Shown here piece after piece: positions 1-10,441 of a stretch of DNA of 64,000 nt. Every line of letters begins with the position of its first letter. Within the stretch, counting starts at the first letter, position 1. The notes below the pieces were generated by a model. It was given only the letters and a program-made list of their open reading frames with translations. It ran no database searches and had not been told where the DNA came from. The translations under genes and the position numbers were made by a program. Origin of the DNA: Candidatus Calditenuaceae archaeon HR02 (GTDB lineage Archaea; Thermoproteota; Nitrososphaeria_A; Caldarchaeales; Calditenuaceae); the NCBI GenBank assembly GCA_002898395.1, contig BEHE01000001.1:91182-155181 (forward strand). Direction: 5' to 3'.

Positions 1-1354
1 CCTTGTGCTCCGTCTCATACCATTCAGCCTCCGGTTTACTGTCGGCAACCACCCCCATACCCACCTGAATACTCGCACTCGAATCTGAGTGGCCCAGAAG
101 CGTCCTGATGGTTATAGCGAAATCAGCGCTACCATTGAAGGAGAGGTATCCCACGCAGCCAGCATAGGGTCCGCGCCTCACAGGCTCGAGCTCGTCAATT
201 ATCTCAATAGCCCTGAGCTTTGGAGCGCCTGTCACAGTTCCTGCCGGGAAGGTGGCCTCGAGGGCGTCTATTGCGCTCAAGCCAAGCTTTAGCTCTCCAA
301 CTACATGGGAGACGAGGTGCTGGACATGGCTGTACCTGTGCACCTCCATCAGCGAAGCGACCCTAACCGTCCCATACCGACAGACCCTGCCCAGATCATT
401 ACGCGCTAAGTCAACCAGCATTACATGCTCGGCCAGCTCCTTCTCGTCTCTCCGCAGCTCCTCCATCAGCCTGTCATCCTCTTCTGCACGCCCGGTCATC
501 GGCCTCGTACCCGCAATTGGAAAAGTCTCAACCCGAGAACCCTCAACCCTCACAAGCATCTCCGGACTTGTCCCGACAATCCACCTATCATCCAGCCTTA
601 ACACATACATGTATGGGGAGGGGTTCAGCCGCCTCAACTCCCTATAGTATCCCCTATAGCTCCCAGCCACCTCTACGTCTATCCTCCTAGAGGGGACGAC
701 CTGGAGAACATCACCAGCCGCAATATACTCCTTCGCCCTGACCACCATCTCCTCAAACTTCTCCTTTGAGATGCTCGACTTGGCTCTGAGGGCACGTAGG
801 GGCTCTTCGTCGCCCACATCCTTCATCAGCCTTTTTACCTCCTCCCAATCTGAGCCTGGGTCATGGCCATAGATGTACACCTCATTCATGCGATGGTCAA
901 ATATAATGCCCCGATTGTAGACCCCGAACTCCATCTCGGGAAAGTCGTGCTCCTCCTTCACTCTAAACCGAATATCTTCCCAGTACTTCACAGACTCAAA
1001 GGAGATATACCCAACGCCCCCGCCCAGGAACCTGAACCTATTCTCCCTATTCCTCGAGCTTAGAATAATCTCTCCCAGCAGCCTCAGCGGGTTTCCCACG
1101 TCAACCTTGAACCTCGCGCCCTCCACCCTATCGACAACCTCGAGAACACCCTGCTCAACGGCAAGGGTCGCGACCGGGTCCCATCCTATGAAAGAGAACT
1201 CGGCCAACTTTCTCGGGCCACTGACAGACTCTAGCAAGTATGACCGCTCATATGCCTCTGATAAGGCGCTGAAGATCTCGAAGGGCTGATAGCCGCAGTC
1301 ATCTATCTTTTTTACCTCAATATTCCGCTGACTTATCGCCTCTGCAAGGCCAAA
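1..1354 (-). CDS. trpE: anthranilate synthase component I (TrpE); last few C-terminal residues lie beyond the left edge
   Basis: This is my own minus-strand translation. It is absent from the ORF track because it has no in-window stop and no canonical start. Signature blocks of chorismate-binding TrpE/PabB enzymes are present: SYLLESVSGPRKLAEFSFIGWDP, RLNPSPYMY, MLVDLARNDLGRV, FPAGTVTGAPKLRAIEII, RGPYAGCVGY, GVVADSKPEAEWYETEHK. The frame is closed upstream by TAG at 1355-1357. No ATG/GTG/TTG lies between that stop and the LLES block, so the start codon is unresolved. Confidence 0.85.
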
Positions 1355-1496
1355 CTAGACCCCCTCTCAAACCTCGCAGACATCAGTCCCCCATCGCCTA
1401 TATAATCCTTCACTGCCACCCGGCGAGGAAGGGCCACACCGCCTGACCAGACAGCGCTAATATAGTGGCTTACAACATATCGAGGCTGGAGAGGGG

Positions 1497-1892
1497 TTGA
1501 GCAGGCCGGCAGAGCTGGGGTCGATAAAGGAGGGAAGCAACATCGTTATAGATGGCGAGCCGTGCCGCGTGGTCGAGGTTGAGAAGTCTAAGACTGGGAA
1601 GCACGGATCAGCGAAGGTCAGGGTTGTGGCCATAGGCATATTCGACGGGGTTAAGCGGAACATAGTTGGCCCTTCAGACCAGAGGGTTGAGATACCGATA
1701 ATCGAGAAGAGGTCGGGGCAGGTCGTGACGGTGGGTGATGTTGTCTCAGTAATGGATCGGGATACCTTAGAAATTGTCGAGATACCGCTCCCAACCGAGG
1801 AGGGGCTGAGAAGCAAGCTTGAGCCAGGAGTCAATGTGGAGTATTGGGTTGTTCTGAATAGAAAGATGATAAGTCAAGTACGTAAAGAGTAG
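1497..1892 (+). CDS. eif5a: translation initiation factor 5A (aIF5A)
   Basis: 131 aa with the hypusine-loop motif [13 protein letters not shown] start preceded by purine-rich GGAGAGGGG. Length and layout fit aIF5A. Confidence 0.9.
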   Translation: MSRPAELGSIKEGSNIVIDGEPCRVVEVEKSKTGKHGSAKVRVVAIGIFDGVKRNIVGPSDQRVEIPIIEKRSGQVVTVGDVVSVMDRDTLEIVEIPLPTEEGLRSKLEPGVNVEYWVVLNRKMISQVRKE

Positions 1893-1980
1893 TTATGTAT
1901 TTTGCGTGAAGGAGATCAGTTATAATATTTAAACTTTACTCGAATAAAAAGCATAATTATTTACACTAAAACACAATATA

Positions 1981-2593
1981 TCACGTAACATGACAAATAT
2001 AATACACACATCCCAAATACAAAAAGCAAAGGTGCGTTAACGGGCCTCGAGACAGACATAATTCAGCTTTAATATCGTAGCAGCTGCCTTTTCGTTCGCC
2101 GTCCCAAACATAGGGCTCTTCACTAAGCCAAAGGGCGGCGATGTGGTCCAAGCGAGGATCGATGGGGCGACCTCGGCGATCGAGACAGTAGGCTCGGTGA
2201 TAGTTAGGAACGACCTCAATGTAGGTAGCTGGCAGGGTAGCTAACGTTACAATCTTCTTAAAAGTAGCTGTAGGGAAGGGGCTACCGACTTGCGGGTCGG
2301 CTCACTTGCGGTAACCTATCACGACCCAAGGACAAGTATTGAGAACGTTTACACAAGCAATGTAATCCGCTGTGATTTCCTTCAGCTTTCCTAGAGTCAT
2401 CGTAAAACAGATTGTCGGTGACGGAGACCATTTGATAGGGTTTGGAGATTGGAGAGCTCTGGTCGATAACCGTCGTAATCGACGAGATGCAGCATCTACA
2501 GCCGACAGAAGTCTCTACTATCCGGTTGAAGCCGGTGATTGGCTCGGTGCTGAAGGTGGAGAGGGGGCTACCACCATCCTTGGACCCAGTCAT
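1981..2593 (-). pseudogene. uncertain or decayed coding locus (overlapping open frames, in-frame TGA)
   Basis: Track ORFs 2282..2593 and 2037..2219 are Ser/Thr-rich and unconvincing. A third minus-strand frame reads MTLGKLKEITADYIACVNVLNTCPWVVIGYRK, then TGA at 2302-2304. It stays open for a further 106 protein-like codons (..FKKIVTLATLPATYIEVVPNYHRAYCLDRRGRPIDPRLDHIAALWLSEEPYVWDGERKG..) down to TGA at 1981-1983. I recognise no family. Confidence 0.25.
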
Positions 2594-2641
2594 GGACCCA
2601 GCATAAGAAGAGACAATATATTAGATACACCCCACTCCCCT

Positions 2642-3550
2642 CTATTTTTTGCCCCTATACCACTTAACGTATTTTTTCACTATTGACTCAAGGCTGGTTG
2701 TAGGCATCCACCCCAGTATTTGTCTCGCATTGGTTATGTCGGCCCAGCTTCTCAATGGCTCATGATGTGAAAGCTCCTCAAGCAATATCTTCACATCGCA
2801 GCCTGTCTCCTTAAGCACCAGTTCCGCCAGGTCCCTTACGCTGACAGGTCTCCCACTTCCGATATTCAACTTGTAGACGCCGCGTTCGAGAGATAGAGCC
2901 TTGACCGTCGCATCAGCCACGTCTCCAACGTAGATAAAGTCTCTGGATGCGGGTATAAACTCGCCCCCAATCCAGCGACCCCTAACTACCAACGGCTTTC
3001 CCGCCATCGCGTTTTCTACGAATATTTTCAGGACATTTTTCCCCCCTTCTCCAAGAACATTGAAGTATCGTAGGATTGTCGCGTCGGTTCCGAAGCTACT
3101 GTGATAGGCTTGGGAGAGGATCTCGCAACATAGTTTGCTGAGGCCATATGGGTTTGTAGGTCTGGCCTCTGCATCCTCCCTCAGCGGTGGGGAAGCGTCT
3201 CCATAGACAGCGGCGCTCGAGGCGAGCACAATCTTCTCCACTCCGGAGCGCCTCGCGGCCTCAAGGATGTTCAAGTGCACTGTGAAGTTGTTTTGGATAT
3301 ACTTCTGTGGATGAAGAAGCGATTCGTGCACGTCAATGTGTGCTGCAAGGTTCACCACACCTCTAACTCCCCGCATAGCCTCCAGGGCTCTAGAGAATTC
3401 CGCAGCGTCTCCCCTAACAATCTCTACATCCTTCGGAAACGATCCGCCAACCTCCGCCCTGTCAAGGACCCTAACCACCTCGCCCCTAGAAGCCAGGTAC
3501 TCGACAACCCGCCTGCCGATATAGCCGAGACCACCCACGACAAGTATCAA
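2642..3550 (-). CDS. NAD-dependent epimerase/dehydratase (extended SDR, GalE-like)
   Basis: 302 aa with N-terminal Rossmann motif VVGGLGYIGRRV and catalytic YxxxK (YGLSKLCCE). Confidence 0.8.
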   Translation of the reverse strand: MILVVGGLGYIGRRVVEYLASRGEVVRVLDRAEVGGSFPKDVEIVRGDAAEFSRALEAMRGVRGVVNLAAHIDVHESLLHPQKYIQNNFTVHLNILEAARRSGVEKIVLASSAAVYGDASPPLREDAEARPTNPYGLSKLCCEILSQAYHSSFGTDATILRYFNVLGEGGKNVLKIFVENAMAGKPLVVRGRWIGGEFIPASRDFIYVGDVADATVKALSLERGVYKLNIGSGRPVSVRDLAELVLKETGCDVKILLEELSHHEPLRSWADITNARQILGWMPTTSLESIVKKYVKWYRGKK

Positions 3551-3610
3551 CCTACAGAGGTGGGCACGGCTGCATGAATATAATTATCAGAGCAAGACGG
3601 TCTGCAAAGA

Positions 3611-3620
3611 CTTATAAGTA
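3611..3620 (+). promoter_or_regulatory. candidate TATA box for the 16S rRNA transcript
   Basis: cttataagta lies in an AT-rich stretch about 200 nt upstream of the mature 16S 5' end, ahead of the GC-rich leader. Position only; no TSS data. Confidence 0.3.
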
Positions 3621-3773
3621 GCCCAACTGTACATATACCTTGGGCCAGGGCTCATAGGCGGCGCCACCGCCAAGGCAGGTGTATGACACCTACGCGATGA
3701 GGCGGTGACATCCGGCTCTGGCTACAGTTAGGGGTGAAGACCTGAGGGACGGTAGAAGATCCTCAGGTCCAAT

Positions 3774-3789
3774 GTGGGCCGCTTCCGTG
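3774..3789 (+). promoter_or_regulatory. 5' strand of the pre-16S processing stem
   Basis: gtgggccgcttccgtg is the perfect reverse complement of cacggaagcggcccac at 6217-6232. The two 16-nt strands bracket the 16S gene, as expected for the archaeal pre-rRNA processing helix. Confidence 0.8.
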
Positions 3790-4154
3790 CAGACCCCGCC
3801 AATAAAAATGGCCGGACTCCGGTTGATCCTGCCGGACCCTACTGCTATCGGGGTAAGGCTAAGCCATGCAAGTCGTAGGCCTCGGGGCATCCCGGGGCCT
3901 GGCGCACGGCTGAGTAACGCGTGGCTAACCTACCCTGCGGAGGGGGATAACCCCGGGAAACTGGGGATAAACCCCCATAGGTGAGCAGCTCTGGAACGAC
4001 TGCTCGCCGAAAACCCTCTGCGGGGACCCTCCGCTGAGGGGCCGCAGGATGGGGCTGCGTCCTATCAGGTAGTTGGTGGGGTAATGGCCCACCAAGCCTG
4101 AGACGGGTAGGGGCCCTGAGAGGGGGAGCCCCCAGATGGACTCTGAGACAAGAG

Positions 4155-4186
<32 letters not shown>

Positions 4187-4548
4187 ACTCCGCAATGGGC
4201 GAAAGCCCGACGGGGTTACCCCGAGTGCCACCCTCGTGGTGGCTTTTGCCCGCTGTAAACAGGCGGGCGAATAAGGGGAGGGCAAGTCGGGTGTCAGCCG
4301 CCGCGGTAATACCCGCTCCCCGAGTGGTAGGGACTATTACTGGGCCTAAAGCGCCCGTAGCCGGCCTGGTGTGTCCCTCGTTAAATCCACAGGCCTAACC
4401 TGTGGGCTGCGGGGGATACTACCAGGCTTGGGGGTGGGAGAGGCGCTCGGTATTCCCGGGGTAGGGGTAAAATCCTCTGATCCCGGGAGGACCACCAGTG
4501 GCGAAGGCGGAGCGCCAGAACACGCCCGACGGTGAGGGGCGAAAGCTG

Positions 4549-4582
<34 letters not shown>

Positions 4583-4689
4583 CAGCTGTAAACGATGCGG
4601 GCCAGGTGCCGGGACGGCTACGAGCCGCCCCGGTGCCGAAGGGAAGCCATTAAGCCCGCCGCCTGGGGAGTACGGCCGCAAGGCTGAAA

Positions 4690-5385
<696 letters not shown>

Positions 5386-5415
5386 CGTTGCGGCTTAATC
5401 GGATTCAACGCCGGA

Positions 5416-5662
5416 AAGAGGGTTAACAAATCGGCAAGCATGTTATTACTTACTCACGTAATGATTAATTACCTAGGGTGTGTGGTGATAAGGCATTGTG
5501 ACAAGCGGTGGATCATCGACGAGTTATGTCTGGAGTTAAAGATTACTCCCAAGTGCTGTGAGAACTGTTCTCCGCCCTTTAGTAAAATTGGGCGCTGATA
5601 GAAGGGTTAGAGTTGGAAAATCAATCCTTTATCTGCTTGCCGATGGTTAACCCTCCCGGAGA
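5416..5662 (+). other. 16S rRNA intron 2 (about 245 nt, no endonuclease ORF)
   Basis: It interrupts ggattcaacgccgga..gaccttaccggggg. A long terminal helix forms from gagggttaac 5418-5427 pairing with gttaaccctc 5646-5655, and tcggcaagca 5431-5440 pairing with tgcttgccga 5634-5643. The interior is AT-rich and holds only a 52-codon ORF (MLLLTHVMINYLGCVV..) with no LAGLIDADG motif. ccgga is repeated at both ends, so the junction is ambiguous by a few nt. Confidence 0.7.
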
Positions 5663-6216
5663 CCTTACCGGGGGCGACGGCAGGATGATGGTCAGGCTGA
5701 CGACCTTACCGGACGAGCCGAGAGGAGGTGCATGGCCGTCGCCGGTGCGTGCCGTGAGGTGTCCTGTTAATTCAGGCAACGGACGAGACCCGCGCCCCCT
5801 GTTGCCATCGGCCGAAAGGCGCTGGGCACTCAGGGGGGACCGCCCCCGAAAGGGGGAGGAAGGAGCGGGCTACGGCAGGTCGGTATGCCCCGAATCCCCC
5901 GGGCCGCACGCGACGTTCAATGGCGGAGACAGTGGGACGCCACCCCGAAAGGGGGAGCTAATCCCTAAACTCCGCCTCAGTTGGAATCGAGGGTTGCAAC
6001 TCGCCCTCGTGAACGCGGAATCCCTAGTAACCGCCCGTTACCACCGGGCGGTGAATACGTCCCCGCTCCTTGCACACACTGCCCATCGCTCCACCCGAGC
6101 TGGGGATGGGCGAGAGCCACTCAAGTTGGGTGGCCCGAGCCTAGACCCGGTGAGGGGGGAGAAGTTGTAACAAGGTGGCCGCACGGGAACGTGCGGCCGG
6201 ATCACCTCCCAAATCT

Positions 6217-6232
6217 CACGGAAGCGGCCCAC
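6217..6232 (+). promoter_or_regulatory. 3' strand of the pre-16S processing stem
   Basis: cacggaagcggcccac is the perfect complement of 3774-3789 and starts 8 nt after the mature 3' end. Confidence 0.8.
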
Positions 6233-6416
6233 ACATCACCCCTACATTTCTTCAACATATTCCACTTACACGTTTTTGTCTTTTAAGCCCGCACACTATA
6301 TAGTAGAAAATAATCACGATTTGAAATCGAGCCCATAGCCCATTCTTCAACAAGATCAACACCTACATTTTAAGGTCTCGAAACAATATTAATACGGCTC
6401 CACTACTTTATACAGA

Positions 6417-8408
6417 ATGAGGATTAGAAGAAGAGCAATCCTACCAGCGTTATTAGCGATGGCCGCAACGACTGCGTTATATGGCATCGTATCATTTTTC
6501 AGCCATGGAAAACCATATTACACTACTAATACCACAGATACACGGTACATGGGTAAAACTAGATTAGAAGAGGGCCAGGCTTGTCTATACGTTGAGGGGA
6601 AAGGGGAAGTTGTAGGAAACCTCATAGCCGCGAAACTGGCAGAAAAGGGTGTGGGATTTTTTACATATGGTGAATACTTCGAGGCAGAGCCGTTCCTGAT
6701 AATTTCCGATCAAGAAATAAAAGTGCAGAAAAATGTATGGATAGATGGGGTTGCAAACAGAACAATATTGGTAGAGGGAGCTGTCCTTGAGGAGAAACTA
6801 CTCACTTATGGTGATACACTCATATACAAAATGCGTAATACGTCAAGTTCTGAAACAAAATTTAAAGTTGATGGAATGGTGCAAATCTTCAGCTGGTTCC
6901 TATCAGAGTCACGCAGCAAAATTGCAGAGATGGCTGGCTCAAAGTTTGAATATCATGACGGGACATTAGTTGGCTTTTATTCTAGTAATGGCCCGTTCAT
7001 CACCATAAAATCAAATAATAGAATCAAGATCAAGAGTGTCGAGCGAGCCTATTCAACCTTCAGAGTAGATATATCACTTGCGCCTGATGAAGAATTCATT
7101 TTGACTGTCGCAGGGCATCAATCATCTGTCGAGGCAAGCAATACAAGCGCCGACAAGGCATTAGTGACTTCGGAAACAATAGAAGGAATGAAGAGAAGGG
7201 AGTTGTGCGAGATGCTGATCAATGCTACAAACAAAAACCCAGTTAAAAAAGAGTTTGAAAAAATATCGAGATATATGTGGTATGTCATATTATCCAACCG
7301 AGCGCGTGTAGAAAATCATCCAATCCTTAAAAACTCCTTCGTCATGCCCAGCAAATTCGGTTTAAGGCACCAATGGCTGTGGGACTCAGCATTCCATGCC
7401 ATCATATTATCAAAATATAGCTTAGAGATGGCTAAGGAAGAGATCCTAAACCTTTTTTATGCCCAGAAAAAAGATGGGCGGATCCCGCACGAAATTTTTT
7501 TATCCAAAGAGTTCTGTAAGCTCTTTTGGAAAGTCGATGATTACACACCATGGACAACACAGCCACCAGTACTAGCATTAGCAGTTGCCAAACTATTACA
7601 AATGGAAGAAGATAGAAAGTTTGCGGAAATAGCTTATGAATCATTAGACAGATATGACAGATGGTTCAGGAGTCAAAGAGATAAAGATGAAGACCAGTTA
7701 ATTTGTTATGTAGACTACCTAGAATCTGGATGGGACGACTCTGTGAGATGGGACGAGCCGAGGCGACGATTTAGCAACAACCCCGAAAAGTACAAGATGG
7801 CTTACAGTCAAGTAAGGATGGCGCCAGTAGAGGCAATAGACCTAAACTGTCTTATCTACCTGCAAAGAAAAATCCTATCCAATTTGGCCGAAGAATTGGG
7901 GTATAAGGATGAGGCGGAAAAGTATCAGAACCTCGCTGAAAAAACGGTAAATGGGATAAATGAGCTTATGTGGGATGAAGACACAGGCTTTTACTACGAT
8001 ATATATGAAAAAGAGCATAAATCTGTTGGTGTCAAGACCCCCGCAGCATTTCTTACACTCTATGCTGGAGTAGCAACACAACAACAAGCTAAAAAACTTG
8101 TTAAACACTTGCTTAACCCTCGCGAGTTCTGGACCACATTCCCTCTACCTACAGTAAGTGCAGACGACCCAAAATACGATCCCAAAGGGTATTGGAGAGG
8201 AAGGTCTTGGCTAAATATAATCTGGTTCACTTACCACGGTCTAAAAAGATACGGTTTTGATAATGAGGCTAGAATGCTTGCACAAAGCGTAATTAACATT
8301 ATGAGTAAAGGCCCATCCTGCAATGAAAACTATGATAGCCAGACTGGTGAACCATTAGGAGTTCCGGATTTCAGCTGGTCAACACTTGCCCTCGATATTT
8401 TAACGTAG
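6417..8408 (+). CDS. membrane-anchored (alpha/alpha)6-barrel glycoside hydrolase, GH63/GH37-like
   Basis: 663 aa with an N-terminal anchor (RRRAILPALLAMAATTALYGIV). The C-terminal ~400 aa carry HQWLWDSAFHAII, GWDDSVRWD, RGRSWLNIIWF and GVPDFSWST, reminiscent of the GH63/trehalase clan. The family call is from memory only. Confidence 0.55.
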   Translation: MRIRRRAILPALLAMAATTALYGIVSFFSHGKPYYTTNTTDTRYMGKTRLEEGQACLYVEGKGEVVGNLIAAKLAEKGVGFFTYGEYFEAEPFLIISDQEIKVQKNVWIDGVANRTILVEGAVLEEKLLTYGDTLIYKMRNTSSSETKFKVDGMVQIFSWFLSESRSKIAEMAGSKFEYHDGTLVGFYSSNGPFITIKSNNRIKIKSVERAYSTFRVDISLAPDEEFILTVAGHQSSVEASNTSADKALVTSETIEGMKRRELCEMLINATNKNPVKKEFEKISRYMWYVILSNRARVENHPILKNSFVMPSKFGLRHQWLWDSAFHAIILSKYSLEMAKEEILNLFYAQKKDGRIPHEIFLSKEFCKLFWKVDDYTPWTTQPPVLALAVAKLLQMEEDRKFAEIAYESLDRYDRWFRSQRDKDEDQLICYVDYLESGWDDSVRWDEPRRRFSNNPEKYKMAYSQVRMAPVEAIDLNCLIYLQRKILSNLAEELGYKDEAEKYQNLAEKTVNGINELMWDEDTGFYYDIYEKEHKSVGVKTPAAFLTLYAGVATQQQAKKLVKHLLNPREFWTTFPLPTVSADDPKYDPKGYWRGRSWLNIIWFTYHGLKRYGFDNEARMLAQSVINIMSKGPSCNENYDSQTGEPLGVPDFSWSTLALDILT

Positions 8409-8441
8409 AAGAGAGTAAGCTAAGGGCTCATATCATATACC

Positions 8442-9362
8442 TTACTCTCCAGTGACTTTTTTAAGCCTTGGATTAAATAATTCGTCGAGCCCTATATTTA
8501 TGAGGTTCAATGATATAAAGATCAATATTAGCGATATCACAGGCCCAATGATAAAGTGATAGTATCCTTGAATTATTAATCCGCTAGTCATGAATATGTG
8601 TATAAGTAAACCTAGCGTCATAACCTCAGCAGCACCTAGTCCGATTAGACGCAATCCAGTCTCTGCCAAGATACCTCCGATAACAGCATAAGAAAAACCA
8701 ACAATGATGTATGGAAGGATATTAGGAAGAATCTCAAAAAATATAATTTCTGAGTCCCTTTCTCCAACCATCTTTGCTAAGTCTATATAGGGCCTAGATT
8801 TAAGACTGAGTACCTGCGACCTGATCTGTCTAGCAGGCCCTGCCCATGCGAAACTAGCGATGATCAATGCCACAAGTGTTATGTCTAATCTTTGTATATA
8901 TGCAACAGCGGCAGCTGCTATTGCCCAAGAAGGTAAAATCAATATTACATTGGTGAGGGAATTAAGTAAATTATCTATAGTGCCGCCCTTATAAGCAGCA
9001 AAAAGTGAGACAACAAGGGCAACCGATACAGCGACAAAGCCGACTAAAAAACCAACAATAAGCGAGTTCTTTATACCCGTAATCAACATCGCAAAAACAT
9101 CTCGGCCAAAATGATCAGTTCCCAATGGATGATTTTGTGAGGGCATTTGTAGCCGTGGGAAGTAGCCTATAGCTGAGGACTGAAGACCCCCTAGTCTGAC
9201 TCCATTTATGATGGGCTCAAAGATTGCGACTAAAATCAATGATGATAGGATTGAAGTTCCTACAAGAAGCTTTTTCGACTTTGCAGTGTAGTATGACGCT
9301 GACTTAATGACTATAAGTGATCTTCTTAATACATTTTGATAAAAGAAGCTTTTCTCGTTCAT
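8442..9362 (-). CDS. ABC transporter permease (DppC/OppC type)
   Basis: 306 aa, polytopic, with an N-terminal TM helix followed by a binding-protein-dependent transport core. Overlaps the upstream permease gene by 4 nt. Confidence 0.8.
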   Translation of the reverse strand: MNEKSFFYQNVLRRSLIVIKSASYYTAKSKKLLVGTSILSSLILVAIFEPIINGVRLGGLQSSAIGYFPRLQMPSQNHPLGTDHFGRDVFAMLITGIKNSLIVGFLVGFVAVSVALVVSLFAAYKGGTIDNLLNSLTNVILILPSWAIAAAAVAYIQRLDITLVALIIASFAWAGPARQIRSQVLSLKSRPYIDLAKMVGERDSEIIFFEILPNILPYIIVGFSYAVIGGILAETGLRLIGLGAAEVMTLGLLIHIFMTSGLIIQGYYHFIIGPVISLILIFISLNLINIGLDELFNPRLKKVTGE

Positions 9363-10393
9363 GTTATGGCGACCCTCGGGTCAATTAATGGATAGATAAG
9401 ATCCATTATAAGATTAGCTGTTAGTACGGTGAACATTGTGAGCATTATTATTCCCTGTATTACATTGAAGTCCAGCAGTCCTATCGCGTTGACGAAAAGA
9501 GCACCTATTCCCGGATATACAAATATCCATTCAACGAGAAATGCACCTGTAACTATAAAACCTAAAGATATAGCTAGCCCTGTTGTCTGAGGCAGCAACG
9601 TATTTCTCAATATATATCTAGTGAGTATCCTTCTATTGCTAAGTCCTTTCGCCTGTGCGTATTGAAGATAATCTTCACCGACTATGGTTATGACTAGCGC
9701 TCTAGTAGAAATGAGCCAGCCGGTCATTGAGACTAATATTATAGAAAGTGCTGGTAGAAATGCATGTTGAATCGCACTAATGACAAAGTTGACGTCAAAG
9801 AGGGTTAGTGATGCTGCATATGCTCCTCTTGAAGGGAAAATGGGAAAGATGTAAGCAAATAAGAGAAGTAGAATTACAGCCACGATGTAGTAAGGGATTT
9901 GTGAGAAAATTAGGGAGAATGTGAAGAAAAAATTGTCGAATCTGGATCCACGTTTCCATCCGATAATCACACCAAGCATGAGGCCTATGATCCATGACAG
10001 GAGAGTGGTGACTGAGAGCAAGATGATAGTCCAAGGTAAGTGTCGTATTATCAAATCTTGTGCTGGAGTTGGAAACGCCATAAATGAAGGACCTAAGTTA
10101 AACTCAAAAAGCAGTCTTCTCAGAAATATCAAATATTGGCTAAAGACATCTTCATTAAGACCAAACATTTCCTCAAACATCTGTATTGTTCTATCGCCAA
10201 TCGGCTCGAAACCATAACGTGAGCGGAGCATGTATACGTATGCGCGTATGGGGTTGCCTGGAATAAGTCTAAGAATAAAGAATACTGCGGTGAAAGATAA
10301 GAATAGTATGATTATGTAGCTGACCACTTTTCTTACCATATATCGATGAATGCTCAGACGTTGTGAAGACATCCTTAATAGATGGAGATTCAC
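9359..10393 (-). CDS. ABC transporter permease (DppB/OppB type)
   Basis: 344 aa, polytopic, with a DppB-like layout. The true start may be the internal MVRKVVSYII. Confidence 0.8.
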   Translation of the reverse strand: MNLHLLRMSSQRLSIHRYMVRKVVSYIIILFLSFTAVFFILRLIPGNPIRAYVYMLRSRYGFEPIGDRTIQMFEEMFGLNEDVFSQYLIFLRRLLFEFNLGPSFMAFPTPAQDLIIRHLPWTIILLSVTTLLSWIIGLMLGVIIGWKRGSRFDNFFFTFSLIFSQIPYYIVAVILLLLFAYIFPIFPSRGAYAASLTLFDVNFVISAIQHAFLPALSIILVSMTGWLISTRALVITIVGEDYLQYAQAKGLSNRRILTRYILRNTLLPQTTGLAISLGFIVTGAFLVEWIFVYPGIGALFVNAIGLLDFNVIQGIIMLTMFTVLTANLIMDLIYPLIDPRVAIT

Positions 10394-10441
10394 TCAAAAT
10401 ATAAATCTTATCAAAGATCATGAACGTTCACGAACAGTAAA

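Noticed and set aside
89-1289. Plus-strand ORFs 89..292, 252..647, 863..1063 and 1107..1289.
   Set aside because: They are antisense to a clear TrpE reading frame that spans the whole region, and they are low-complexity Ser/Leu/Pro-rich translations.
2285-2304. The in-frame TGA followed by a hairpin might be a selenocysteine codon with a SECIS element.
   Set aside because: Archaeal SECIS elements lie in 3' UTRs, and Sec use is known from methanogen-type lineages, not from Crenarchaeota. The hairpin is only 5 bp, and the locus also needs a frameshift. Gene decay is more likely.
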